64,000 nt of DNA, from NCBI GenBank assembly GCA_965224245.1, contig OZ245046.1, forward strand, positions 5,760,001-5,824,000, given 5' to 3'. Origin of the DNA: Candidatus Eiseniibacteriota bacterium (GTDB lineage: Bacteria > Eisenbacteria > RBG-16-71-46 > CAZAMP01). Both the position numbers and the translations under genes were made by a program. The notes under the pieces are model-generated. The model searched no databases, had not been told where the DNA came from, and was given only the letters and a program-made list of their open reading frames with translations. The number at the start of each line of letters is the position of its first letter. Within the stretch, counting starts at the first letter, position 1. Positions 1 through 9,141 of the stretch are shown piece by piece.

Positions 1-2
1 AT

Positions 3-335
3 CTGTCGGAAGACGGCTGGAATCCCGCAGTGGCCGGACTGGATGGTTTCGTCCGTCGTTTGGAAGACGCTCGTGATCACGTCACCGGGGCTGCCGATCA
101 ATACGAGGAGTTCTTCGGCCGCGCGCCGTCCGACGAGAAGGAGTGCGCGGCGGTCATGGACTGTGATCTGTCGCTGCTGGTCGAGCTCGACACGCTCTCC
201 GAGCACGTCGAAGGGCTGGGCGGCGCCTCGTTCACTCCCGGGTATCTGCGCGAGACGCTCGGTGGCATCGACGAGCGCGTGAGCGCGGTCGAGCTGGCCG
301 TCGATGCGCGGCATCGTGCAGTCAAAGGCAAATGA
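3..335 (+). CDS. Hypothetical helical protein, 5'-truncated by the window edge; first gene of the SPFH operon
   Basis: Frame is open from position 3 to TGA at 335. Acidic, helical-looking sequence (QYEEFFG...DLSLLVEL). Next gene starts 1 nt after the stop. Confidence 0.6.
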   Translation: MSEDGWNPAVAGLDGFVRRLEDARDHVTGAADQYEEFFGRAPSDEKECAAVMDCDLSLLVELDTLSEHVEGLGGASFTPGYLRETLGGIDERVSAVELAVDARHRAVKGK

Positions 336-336
336 C

Positions 337-1500
337 GTGACCGATCGGTCCGGCATCGTCGAGCTGGCATTTCCGGCGGCGCGGAACGACGCGCTGGTAC
401 GCCGTCACCCCGACGCAGGGGTCGGGCACTTTCGCCTCGGAGGCGAGCTCGTCGTCGGCGAGGACGAGACGGCGGTGTTCATGATCAACGGCCGGGCGCT
501 CGACGCGCTCGGTCCCGGGCGCCACGCGCTGGCCACCGCCACGCTGCCGCTCGTGACCCGGTTCGCCGTGCTGCCGTACGGGACGGCCTCGACGTTCCAG
601 GCGTCGCTGGTGACGATCAGCGCGCGGTCGGTGCGGAACCGGGGCTGGGGCACACGCTATCCGATAGCCTTCCACGACAACATGTTCGGTCAGATCCGGC
701 TACGCGCACACGGCACATTCTCCGCTCGCGTGACGCACCCCACGCTGTACGCGAACACCGTCGTGCGGCGGACCGGCGTCGACCCCGATCGCGCACCCGA
801 CGCGCACATCGGCGACATCATCGCCAGCCGGGTCGCCGACTTCGTCAACGAGCGGGTGGACACGATCATCGACCTGCCCCGCTACTACGACCAGGCGACC
901 AACGCGATCGGGATCCGCCTGGCCAACGACTTCCTGCGGCGGGGGGTGGAGCTGCTCGGGTTCCATCTGAACGCGATCACGTTGCCCGACGACGTGCTGG
1001 CCACGCTCGACGAGAGGCGGAGCGTGTCCGCGGTCCACGCGGTGAGCAAGTTCTTCCGGGCCCAGTCCGCGGCCACCGTGGGGCTCCGGGACGGCGAGCC
1101 CATCGACTCGGAGATTCCCGTGGCGACGCTGGAGGCCGACTCCGGCCGCGGTGACGGTCCGGCGGACCCGCAGGGGCTCGCCGCCGACGTGGGTACCGAG
1201 ACGCTCGACGAGCCCACCGATGCGGGGACGCGGCCCTTGCGCTGCCACGCATGCCACTCGTCGATCCCGCCCTCGTCGAAGTTCTGCGCGGCCTGCGGTG
1301 CGGCCTTCTGTGCCGGCAATCCGTGCCTCAGCTGCGGTGAGGCCAACGCGGTCGACGCGGACTTCTGCCAGCACTGCGGGGCGTGCCTGGTGGAGGCGCT
1401 GCGCTGCGCCGGCTGCTCGGTGGAGCTACCCGACGGCAGCCGCTTCTGCATGGCGTGCGGCCGTCCGAACCGCAACCTCGCCCCGGAGGCGGTGGCGTGA
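337..1500 (+). CDS. SPFH/band-7 (YdjI-like) domain protein with C-terminal zinc ribbons
   Basis: LVVGEDETAVFMING..LGPGRH, WGTRYPI and IRLRAHGTFS are typical of this SPFH subgroup. C-terminus has six CxxC pairs. GTG at 337 chosen as start; ORF is open from 304. Confidence 0.8.
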   Translation: MTDRSGIVELAFPAARNDALVRRHPDAGVGHFRLGGELVVGEDETAVFMINGRALDALGPGRHALATATLPLVTRFAVLPYGTASTFQASLVTISARSVRNRGWGTRYPIAFHDNMFGQIRLRAHGTFSARVTHPTLYANTVVRRTGVDPDRAPDAHIGDIIASRVADFVNERVDTIIDLPRYYDQATNAIGIRLANDFLRRGVELLGFHLNAITLPDDVLATLDERRSVSAVHAVSKFFRAQSAATVGLRDGEPIDSEIPVATLEADSGRGDGPADPQGLAADVGTETLDEPTDAGTRPLRCHACHSSIPPSSKFCAACGAAFCAGNPCLSCGEANAVDADFCQHCGACLVEALRCAGCSVELPDGSRFCMACGRPNRNLAPEAVA

Positions 1501-2843
1501 TGAGCGCGATCCCCGAGCACGACGTCGCCACGGCGCCCAACGACGACACGCTGCTTCGCTGGCGAACGACGTGCAGCTCATGCGGCGCGCCGGTTCCGGT
1601 GACCGAGGAGACGCGTGCGCTCGTCTGCCGCTTCTGCGGCGAAGGGCGCCTCGTCGACCGCGCCCGGCCGCTGGCGCTGTTCCAGCCCCACACGATTCCG
1701 GCCGACGACACGGCCCTGACCATCAAGCGATGGATGCGTGCCGAGGGGCACCGCGCCACGAAGCTGGGGAGCGTGGTCAAGGTGCTCATCCCGTACTGGG
1801 GACTCCGGCGCACGGCCGTCGTCTGGCCCGACGAGGCGCTCGTGGACGGCGGCGCGCGCGCCAGCCTGACGACCTCGCGGGCCTGGCTCCCCGCCCTCAG
1901 TCAATGCGCCGAGATCTTCGCCACCGAGCCCGACGTGGCGGGGGATGTTCACTGCTACCCGGTCTCGGCGTACTACGTCGGCTCGGACGTGCTGGTCGCC
2001 GACTGCCAGCGCGACGCGGCCACGACCGACGAGCTCCGGCGGCGGGCGCTCGTCGAGGACACCGAGGACGAGGCACTGGTGCGTCATGCCGTCGTGGACG
2101 AACGCTACGTCGTGCTGTACCGGCCGTTCCATCTCCTTCGCTACAGCTTCCGTTCCGACCACTTCACGATCGTCGTGTCGGGACGCTCCGGGGAGGTGCT
2201 CGGTCGCGTCGCCGGTGACGTCGCGTTGCAGAGCGGTTGCGCCGTGGCGGGGAAGGTGCTGCTCGGCAGCGGAACCGTGCCGCAGTTCGCCGCCGACTGT
2301 CCCACCTGCGAGCGCCGGATGTTCGGCGCCGCGGAGTCGAGCCTGCTCCACTGTCGGGTATGCCGCCAGACGTGGACGCTCTCCGGCAGCCGCCTGGTGG
2401 CGGTCGGATCGGTCGTCGCGCGTGGCGAGGGGCACACGCTGCCGTTCTGGCGCGTCCGGCTGCACCTGCCCGATGCCGCGAACGGGGATGGCATCGAGGC
2501 GAGCCTGCCCTTCGTCTACGTGCCCGCGTTCGCCGACTGTCCGCCGGCGTTGATGCGGCGGCTGACGATCGCGATCTCCGAGAGCACGCCGACGTACGAG
2601 GAGATCCCCGGCGCGCCGACGGGCGCACCACCCTGCACGCTGTCGCGTGAAGCGGCGTCGCGGATCTCGGAGATCGCGCTGCCCGAGCTCGCGCCGGCCT
2701 TCGCCGGGGGATGGGATCCGGCGGTCTCGCCCGCACGGGCCGCCGAGTGCGAGGTCGTGTGGGTCCCATTCCGTCTCGAAAGCGGCTTCTTCGTCGAGCC
2801 CATGAGCGGCGCGATGATCTCCGAGGCCGTGTTCGGCTCCTGA
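1500..2843 (+). CDS. Zinc-ribbon-containing hypothetical protein
   Basis: TGATG overlap with the SPFH gene. CSSC/CRFC and CPTC/CRVC pairs. Confidence 0.7.
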   Translation: MSAIPEHDVATAPNDDTLLRWRTTCSSCGAPVPVTEETRALVCRFCGEGRLVDRARPLALFQPHTIPADDTALTIKRWMRAEGHRATKLGSVVKVLIPYWGLRRTAVVWPDEALVDGGARASLTTSRAWLPALSQCAEIFATEPDVAGDVHCYPVSAYYVGSDVLVADCQRDAATTDELRRRALVEDTEDEALVRHAVVDERYVVLYRPFHLLRYSFRSDHFTIVVSGRSGEVLGRVAGDVALQSGCAVAGKVLLGSGTVPQFAADCPTCERRMFGAAESSLLHCRVCRQTWTLSGSRLVAVGSVVARGEGHTLPFWRVRLHLPDAANGDGIEASLPFVYVPAFADCPPALMRRLTIAISESTPTYEEIPGAPTGAPPCTLSREAASRISEIALPELAPAFAGGWDPAVSPARAAECEVVWVPFRLESGFFVEPMSGAMISEAVFGS

Positions 2844-3052
2844 TGCCCACCAGGACGCCGGCGGCACCGCCGGCCGGGAACCTCGTACCCATCGGCCAAG
2901 TCCGCACGGCCGAACGGTTTGGCCGCCGGGCCGCCGCGACGGGGGCGGTGCGTATCCAGTGGACCGATTCCGCATCGCGAGGCCGCGCCGCCGCCGCCGT
3001 CGCCAAGTCGTTTTCGTGCTGGAACTTGCAACAGTCAACGACCGCCCTCCGT

Positions 3053-3069
3053 CTGGCACGATCGATGCA
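3053..3069 (+). promoter_or_regulatory. Putative sigma-54 (-24/-12) promoter
   Basis: CTGGCACGATCGATGCA has GG-N10-GC spacing and matches YTGGCACG-N4-TTGCW at all but one position. It lies 65 nt upstream of the ATG at 3135. Confidence 0.6.
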
Positions 3070-3134
3070 AAATCGTGACCCTGGGCATTCGAGTCGCCAA
3101 TCCGCAGGCGGCGTTCCAAATCACGGAGGGCACC

Positions 3135-3770
3135 ATGAAACCGACACGCTTCCAAGGCCCGCGGGCGGCAGCTCTCCGCGCCGCGGCCATCGCGGTGGTC
3201 GCGACCGCCGTTCCCCTGGCCGCCGACGCGTTCTACGTCGCGATCGACTTCGACGACGACGGAGATCCGTCGACGGTCCGGAGCACGATCCAGGCACCGG
3301 TCGGCGACCTCGTCGTGGGGCTGGTGACCCTCGACTTCATCCCGTATCCGTACGAGTACGTCGGCGGCATCCAGTTCGGCCTCGACGCCACGTCCGGCCT
3401 CGAGCTGGTGGGGGCGTACGGGACCGACGGGTCCTCCGGCTTCCTGACCGACGGTCCGGGCGGGATCGCGATCGCCTTCGGGGTTCCGCTCGCGAACGAC
3501 GACCTTCCGTGGTTCACGACGCGACTGGTGTTTCGCGTCACGTCGTCAGAGCCGCAGACCATCGCGATCGCGCCGTCCACGGGCTGGGGAGAGACGTACA
3601 GCGGTCTGGTCATGTCCGTGCGCACCGAGGACGGCGACTGGCAGACCGTGGTCAGCGACATCGCCATCCGGGCGCAGCTTCGGGGTCTCGTGAACGGCGG
3701 CGACACGCTTCCGGTGCAGACCAAGAGCTGGTCGGCCATCCGCAAGTTCTTCAGCGACGACACCCTTTAG
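3135..3770 (+). CDS. Secreted beta-rich hypothetical protein with C-terminal SWSAIR motif
   Basis: GGAGGG RBS; signal peptide ending LAADA; ends LPVQTKSWSAIRKFFSDDTL. Confidence 0.75.
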   Translation: MKPTRFQGPRAAALRAAAIAVVATAVPLAADAFYVAIDFDDDGDPSTVRSTIQAPVGDLVVGLVTLDFIPYPYEYVGGIQFGLDATSGLELVGAYGTDGSSGFLTDGPGGIAIAFGVPLANDDLPWFTTRLVFRVTSSEPQTIAIAPSTGWGETYSGLVMSVRTEDGDWQTVVSDIAIRAQLRGLVNGGDTLPVQTKSWSAIRKFFSDDTL

Positions 3771-3783
3771 GACCCCCCGGTCG

Positions 3784-3830
3784 ACCCCCGGGATCGGCTT
3801 CGGTGCTCCGCCGATCTCGGGGGTTTCTCG
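3784..3830 (+). terminator. Intrinsic terminator
   Basis: 15-bp stem ACCCCCGGGATCGGC/GCCGATCTCGGGGGT with one G-U pair, followed by TTCTCG, 13 nt after the stop. Confidence 0.65.
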
Positions 3831-3934
3831 TGTCTCCACTCGTCGAGCCGGCTCTCGGGGGCCGGGATGTCGAAAGATGCGGCCGCACGTCGAGCTGTGG
3901 TATCGGTTCTCCGCCCGGAAGGAGGATCGGAGCG

Positions 3935-5203
3935 ATGCGGCGATTGCAAGGGTCTGTCCTGGCGCTCTCGGTGGGGATGCTGGGGTGCGGAGGCGGAACG
4001 GTTCCGCCGCGCCATCCGGACGTCGAGCCGCCGAGCCCCGTCGAGGACGCTCCGATGACCGAGCCGGCCGACGCCGACCAGGAGACGCGAGCGGACGACG
4101 ACGACGCGCCGCTGCCCGCGTGGGTACTGGGTGGCCGGCCACATCCGGTCTATCGGGCGCCGGCGTACCGGGTCGCCGTCGCGTCCGACCGACGCGAGGC
4201 GGTGGCCGACAGCGTCGCACGCGCCCGTGTCCGCGCCGACGTCCTCGACGCCCTGGACGGTGCGCAAGCGGCCGCCCAGGCGGTGCACGCCTACTTCTCG
4301 CTCGGCGAGGACTTCGCCGGCCACGTGGCCGGCGACCTCCGGTCGTCCGGCGGATCCCTCGCCGTGCTGGACTCCCTGATCCGCATCGCCCCGGAGACGC
4401 GCGGGCGGTATCTCGGCGCGCACTATGCACTGGCCTATCTGGATGCCGACGAGGCCGAGGCCGTCCTGGGCGCGCGGGCCGCCGAGATGCGTGCGCGGGT
4501 GGTGGACGCCTGCGATCGGGCCGAGGACGCGTACCGCGGGCAGAACTGGTTCGAGTTCGCGCGCTGGTCTCGGGCCGCACTGGGCCGGGAGGCCGACCGG
4601 ATCGCCATCGAGCTCCTGGCCTACGCGTCCGATCGGCGCGCCGCCGCCGCGCCCGACTCGGCCCGCGGTGCGCGGTGGATGCCCGAGCCGCGGCTGCTCG
4701 ATCTGCGCCCGGCCGCGCTCCAGATGATGGACACGCATGGCTGGAGCCTCGACGTGGTGTTCGACTGGCCGCCCGACACCGATCCGCGCCCGCTGGAGCC
4801 CCGCATCCGCCAGCGTCTGATGCAGTATCTGCTGGACATGGGTCTTCACGTGGGGCTCGGCTCGGGGTGTCCTCAGCCGATTCCGTCCGAGGACGGAGTC
4901 ACGTTCGAGCCCCCGCCGCCTCATCACATTCTTCACGTGGCGATTGCCGGCGCCCAGGACCGGCTGGTGGGGCAGGGATGGCGCGCCACGCTCACGTTCG
5001 ACGTCCGCGCGTCGACGTGCGACGCCGGGGTCGTCGTGACCGAGCGACGGGCGGCCGAGCTGGCGAGCTTCCATCCCCGTGATCCCGATGCCGCGATGTG
5101 GCGCGTGGCCCGGCTCGCCGATCTGGAGTCGAGCCTGGACGAGGCGCTGTCGCGCGTCGATCTGATCATCCCGGCCGAGGTCTTCCTCGGCGTGGCCGGC
5201 TGA
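3935..5203 (+). CDS. Putative lipoprotein of unknown function
   Basis: MRRLQGSVLALSVGMLGC lipobox, a Pro/acidic linker, then LPAWV. GGAG-rich upstream sequence. Confidence 0.65.
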   Translation: MRRLQGSVLALSVGMLGCGGGTVPPRHPDVEPPSPVEDAPMTEPADADQETRADDDDAPLPAWVLGGRPHPVYRAPAYRVAVASDRREAVADSVARARVRADVLDALDGAQAAAQAVHAYFSLGEDFAGHVAGDLRSSGGSLAVLDSLIRIAPETRGRYLGAHYALAYLDADEAEAVLGARAAEMRARVVDACDRAEDAYRGQNWFEFARWSRAALGREADRIAIELLAYASDRRAAAAPDSARGARWMPEPRLLDLRPAALQMMDTHGWSLDVVFDWPPDTDPRPLEPRIRQRLMQYLLDMGLHVGLGSGCPQPIPSEDGVTFEPPPPHHILHVAIAGAQDRLVGQGWRATLTFDVRASTCDAGVVVTERRAAELASFHPRDPDAAMWRVARLADLESSLDEALSRVDLIIPAEVFLGVAG

Positions 5204-5416
5204 TCCGGGCAACCCGACCTCTCCGTTCCCGCCGATTGCCCCTGCCCGCGCGTGTGCCCACGGCGTATACTTCTCGCGCCTGTGGCGCGCCCCCGGACCC
5301 CGTCGTGCGCCCGAGCCGTCTCGGCGCGCGACTCCGAGCCCCGGACCCGATTTCCCGACGTCACGGCCGAGCACGCGCTCCCGGCCGCGAGGTCGGTCAT
5401 GCGAGGACGACTTCCG

Positions 5417-6202
5417 ATGACCATACGACTTGCGTCCACGGCCGCGGTGGTGACGCTCTGCCTTTCGGCCCCGCCGGCGGCGGCCGGCTTCCTGGTGGCC
5501 CAGGCGGTGGGCGAGCACATCGTGGCCATCGACACCGAGACCGGCGAGGTCGTGTCGACCTACACGATGCCGACCACGGTCGGCGAGTCTGCGCAGTCCA
5601 TCGCGACCGACGGCACCCGGTATTTCGTGACCGACGCCGACGACGGGTCGCTGTGGAGCATCACCGACAGCTTCTACGGGGCCGAGCGGATCGGCGACCT
5701 CCCCGCGGCGACCCCCAAGGGCATGACGATGTTCGACGGCGAGCTGTGGCTCATCGGCCAGGCCTCCGTCGGCGACGATCGACTTCACGTGCTCGACCCC
5801 ACCACCGCGGCCGAGCTCCGGAGCTACGTCATCCCCGCGGAGGTCAATCTGACCGCCGATCTCACGTCGGATGGCGAGCACCTCTGGGGGGTGGACGTCG
5901 CGGCGAGGAAGCTCTGGCGGATCCAGCCCTCCGACGGGTCGCTGGACCTGTCGTTCGATCTTCCCGCATCGGGGACCGTCTTCGCGCTGGCGTTCGATCC
6001 GGACACCGACCAGCTCTGGTTCTTCCGGAACGGCGCGCTGGCCGCTTTCACGATCGACCGCACCACCGGCGACTACACCGAGGCGTTCTCGCTCGCGGGT
6101 GAGGACTTCGCGTTTCTCTTCTCGGCGGTCTATCGATCCGAGGTGGTGCCGACCCGAACCGCGAGCTGGTCGGCGCTGAAGGGGGCCTACGGCGGGCGCT
6201 AG
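5417..6202 (+). CDS. Secreted beta-propeller-like protein with C-terminal SWSALK motif
   Basis: Signal peptide (…PPAAAG); repeated blades (IATDGTRYFV, MFDGELWL, LTSDGEHLWG, LAFDPDTDQLWF); ends VVPTRTASWSALKGAYGGR. Confidence 0.75.
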   Translation: MTIRLASTAAVVTLCLSAPPAAAGFLVAQAVGEHIVAIDTETGEVVSTYTMPTTVGESAQSIATDGTRYFVTDADDGSLWSITDSFYGAERIGDLPAATPKGMTMFDGELWLIGQASVGDDRLHVLDPTTAAELRSYVIPAEVNLTADLTSDGEHLWGVDVAARKLWRIQPSDGSLDLSFDLPASGTVFALAFDPDTDQLWFFRNGALAAFTIDRTTGDYTEAFSLAGEDFAFLFSAVYRSEVVPTRTASWSALKGAYGGR

Positions 6203-7026
6203 CCCGAGCCGAGGTGCCGCTCGTAGGCGGGGACGGCCACGGCCAGGACCTCGTCGAGAATCGCGTGCCCGGCGACGATCATGCCGTCGCGCTGGGTCGG
6301 GTCGGGCTCGAGGTACGAGAACCGCCGTCCGCGCCAGCTGCGCATGCCGGCTCCGGCCTCCTCCAGGACGACCTCGAGCGCGCAGGTGTCCCACTCTCGA
6401 GGTGTCCCGCCGACGCGGAGCACGAGATCCACCTCCGATCGGGCGGCCAGCACGATCCGGGCGCCGAAGCCGGCCTTCTCGACGACGTCACCCACGCCGA
6501 GGCGCCGGGCCACCTCGCGGACGATGCCGTCGTAGTGACCTTCCTTGACCGCCAGCGTGTACGGGCGGGTGGCCGCGCGGACCGTGAACGACCGGCGTTC
6601 GCCCCCGGCCTCGGTGATCCACGCCTTCCGGCCCGACTCCGCCTCGATGAGGACGTCGTTCCGGGGGTTGTAGACCACACCGAGCACCGGAACGCCGTTC
6701 TCGACGAGTCCGATCAGGACCTCCCAGGCGTCGCTGCCCCGGATGAACTCGCTGGTGCCGTCGATCGGGTCGACCATCCAGGTCCGGCGAGTCTCGAAGC
6801 GCCGGGGGTCGGGATCGGACTCCTCGGCCAGGATCGCGTCGTCGGGGAAACGGTCCGCCAGCGCCTCGACGATCAGGGTGTTGGCCGCCCGGTCGGCGGC
6901 CGTGACCGGCTCGCCATCCGCCTTGGCCTCGGCGGACACGCCGACCCTCTGGTAGCCCAGCGCCAGCTCGCCGGCGCGCCGTGCGAGGTCCACGGCCGCG
7001 TCGCGCTCTTCGGAGAGGCTCGTCAT
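6199..7026 (-). CDS. Inositol monophosphatase family protein (CysQ-like 3'(2'),5'-bisphosphate nucleotidase)
   Basis: PVTAAD, ILAEE, WMVDPIDGT and EWDTCA motifs. Confidence 0.88.
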   Translation of the reverse strand: MTSLSEERDAAVDLARRAGELALGYQRVGVSAEAKADGEPVTAADRAANTLIVEALADRFPDDAILAEESDPDPRRFETRRTWMVDPIDGTSEFIRGSDAWEVLIGLVENGVPVLGVVYNPRNDVLIEAESGRKAWITEAGGERRSFTVRAATRPYTLAVKEGHYDGIVREVARRLGVGDVVEKAGFGARIVLAARSEVDLVLRVGGTPREWDTCALEVVLEEAGAGMRSWRGRRFSYLEPDPTQRDGMIVAGHAILDEVLAVAVPAYERHLGSG

Positions 7027-7222
7027 CGTGACGTTTCGATCGTCCGGGAGATTGGAACACGGCTTTTCGGCATCATACGCAACCGCCGAAACGAGTGTCA
7101 AAAGCCAGCATCCACGCGGTCCGGGCGGACAGCCGGCTCGCGCGACTTGTCCCGGAGCCGTTGCATCTTTATTCTCAGGTGGTTACAGGAACCCAAGGCG
7201 GAGACGGAGACGACACCGACCC

Positions 7223-8407
7223 ATGCCCGAGCGCACCGACCACGACCTGACGAACGCCTCCCGGGCCGAGCCGCAATCGCGGTTCGGCGAGGGATCCCAC
7301 GACGACGTCCTGACGGCTCTTCTGGAGGCCGCCGTCGACGCGATCGTGATCATCGACGAGCGGGGTCGGATCGTACGCTTCAGCCCGGCGGCCGAGCGCA
7401 TGTTCGGATACCCCGAGCACGAGATGATCGGTCGCAGCGTGTCGGCGCTGATGCCCGAGCCGGACCGCCACCGGCACGACGCCTACATCCGCCGGTACGA
7501 CGAGACCGGCGAGGCCAGGATCATCGGCATCGGCCGCGAGGTGGACGGCGTCCGGCGGAACGGGGACGTCTTTCCGATGGATCTGTCCGTGGGGGAGGCC
7601 CGCTTCGGCGGTGGGGAGCGGCGATACGTGGGGATCCTGCGCGACATCACCGAGCGCAAGCGAACCGAGGAAGATCTCCGCAAGCAGCGCGAAGCGCTCG
7701 CGCACATCGACCGGCTGGGGACGATGGGCGAGCTGGCCACCGGCATCGCGCACGAGATCAACCAGCCGCTGACCGCGATCTCGGCCTACGCTCAGGCCTG
7801 CAAGCGGATGATCCTGCTCGGCACGGCGGACACCGACGAGCTGGCCGACGCGCTGTCGGAGATCTCCAACGAGGCGATCCGCGCCGGCGAGATCATCCAC
7901 CGCCTGAGGGCCTTCACGCGCCGCCACGAGACCAGCCAGGAGCCGTGCGACGTGAACGCGCTCATCCGCGACGTCGCCAAGCTCACCGAGGTCGACGCGC
8001 ACCACCGCGACGTTCCCCTCGAGCACGACCTCGCGCCGGGTCTTCCGACCATTCTCGCCGACAGCGTCCAGATCCAGCAGGTGATCATCAACCTCGTCCG
8101 GAACGCGCTGGACGCCACCCAGGACAAGCCGTCCCCGCGACCCACGGTGACGGTATCCAGCGCCACCGACGCGGACGGCAACGTGGTCGTGTCCGTGCGG
8201 GACGGGGGCGTCGGCATCGAGTCCGAGGACGACGTGTTCAAGCAGTTCCGCACGACCAAGCCCGACGGCATGGGCCTCGGGCTCAACATCTGTCAGAGAA
8301 TCGTCCATGCGCACGGCGGCCGTATCTGGTTCGTCGCCAACCCCGAGGGCGGGGTCACGTTCTCGGTCGCGCTGCCGGCCTTCGAAAAGGGAGAACGCGA
8401 TGGCTGA
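7223..8407 (+). CDS. fixL: Heme-PAS oxygen-sensor histidine kinase FixL
   Basis: PAS signature LMPEPDRHRHDAYIRRYDETGEARIIGIGREV with the proximal His; H-box AHEINQPL; N box NLVRNA; GMGLGL. Confidence 0.88.
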   Translation: MPERTDHDLTNASRAEPQSRFGEGSHDDVLTALLEAAVDAIVIIDERGRIVRFSPAAERMFGYPEHEMIGRSVSALMPEPDRHRHDAYIRRYDETGEARIIGIGREVDGVRRNGDVFPMDLSVGEARFGGGERRYVGILRDITERKRTEEDLRKQREALAHIDRLGTMGELATGIAHEINQPLTAISAYAQACKRMILLGTADTDELADALSEISNEAIRAGEIIHRLRAFTRRHETSQEPCDVNALIRDVAKLTEVDAHHRDVPLEHDLAPGLPTILADSVQIQQVIINLVRNALDATQDKPSPRPTVTVSSATDADGNVVVSVRDGGVGIESEDDVFKQFRTTKPDGMGLGLNICQRIVHAHGGRIWFVANPEGGVTFSVALPAFEKGERDG

Positions 8408-9014
8408 CCCCATCGTCAACGTCGTCGACGACGACGCGAGCGTCCGCAAGTCGCTCACGATGCTGCTCAAGTCGGTGGGCCTCAGGGCCAAGACGTATGC
8501 CTCAGCACAGGAGTTTCTGGACACGTTCGAGCGCGGCGTGCCGGGGTGTCTCGTTCTGGACGTGCGCATGCCCGGCATGAGCGGCGTCGAGCTCCAGCAG
8601 AAGCTCCTGTCGATGAACGTTCACCTTCCGATCATCTTCATCACCGCGCACGGTGACGTGCCGATGGCGGTGGAGACGATGAAGGCCGGAGCGATCGACT
8701 TCATCCAGAAGCCGTTCCGCGATCAGGACCTGATCGACCGCATCCAGACCGCACTCGCCGAGGACGAGCGGCTACGCAAGCTCTCGGCCAACCGGGCCGA
8801 GATCGCCGAGCGCCAGGAGACCCTGACGCCGCGCGAGCGGGAGGTCATGGATCTGGTCGTCGGAGGTGCGCCGAACAAGGCCATCGCCGCCGAGCTGGGG
8901 CTTTCCGAGAGGACGGTGGAGATCCATCGATCACGCGTCATGACCAAGATGGGGGCCGAGTCACTGGCCCACCTGGTCACGCTCGTGGTGGCTTCCCGGG
9001 GCGCCGCCGAGTGA
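8400..9014 (+). CDS. fixJ: Response regulator FixJ (receiver plus LuxR HTH)
   Basis: VVDDD, CLVLDVRMP, ITAHGDVPMAV, FIQKP, LTPREREV...TVEIHR; overlaps the fixL stop. Confidence 0.9.
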   Translation: MADPIVNVVDDDASVRKSLTMLLKSVGLRAKTYASAQEFLDTFERGVPGCLVLDVRMPGMSGVELQQKLLSMNVHLPIIFITAHGDVPMAVETMKAGAIDFIQKPFRDQDLIDRIQTALAEDERLRKLSANRAEIAERQETLTPREREVMDLVVGGAPNKAIAAELGLSERTVEIHRSRVMTKMGAESLAHLVTLVVASRGAAE

Positions 9015-9022
9015 CGTCGGTT

Positions 9023-9048
9023 GCCGGTAGTGGGATTCCACTACTGGC
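9023..9048. promoter_or_regulatory. Inverted repeat; candidate regulator box (7-2-7) or hairpin
   Basis: GCCGGTAGTGGG-AT-TCCACTACTGGC between fixJ and the next gene; no U-tract. Confidence 0.4.
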
Positions 9049-9141
9049 CCCCCGCCCATTCCGTATTTCAGACCCCGCCAGCCGTCGCGATGATTCGACT
9101 GTGGTGGTTCAGCCGGAACCGCCCTTCAATCGGAGACTTGG

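Noticed and set aside
2711-3934. N-terminal extension of the 830-aa ORF 2711..5203
   Set aside because: Overlaps the real gene 3135..3770 in another frame and crosses a terminator; the lipoprotein signal starts at 3935.
3767-6394. 875-aa minus-strand ORF
   Set aside because: Shadow of two plus-strand genes that have clear signal peptides.
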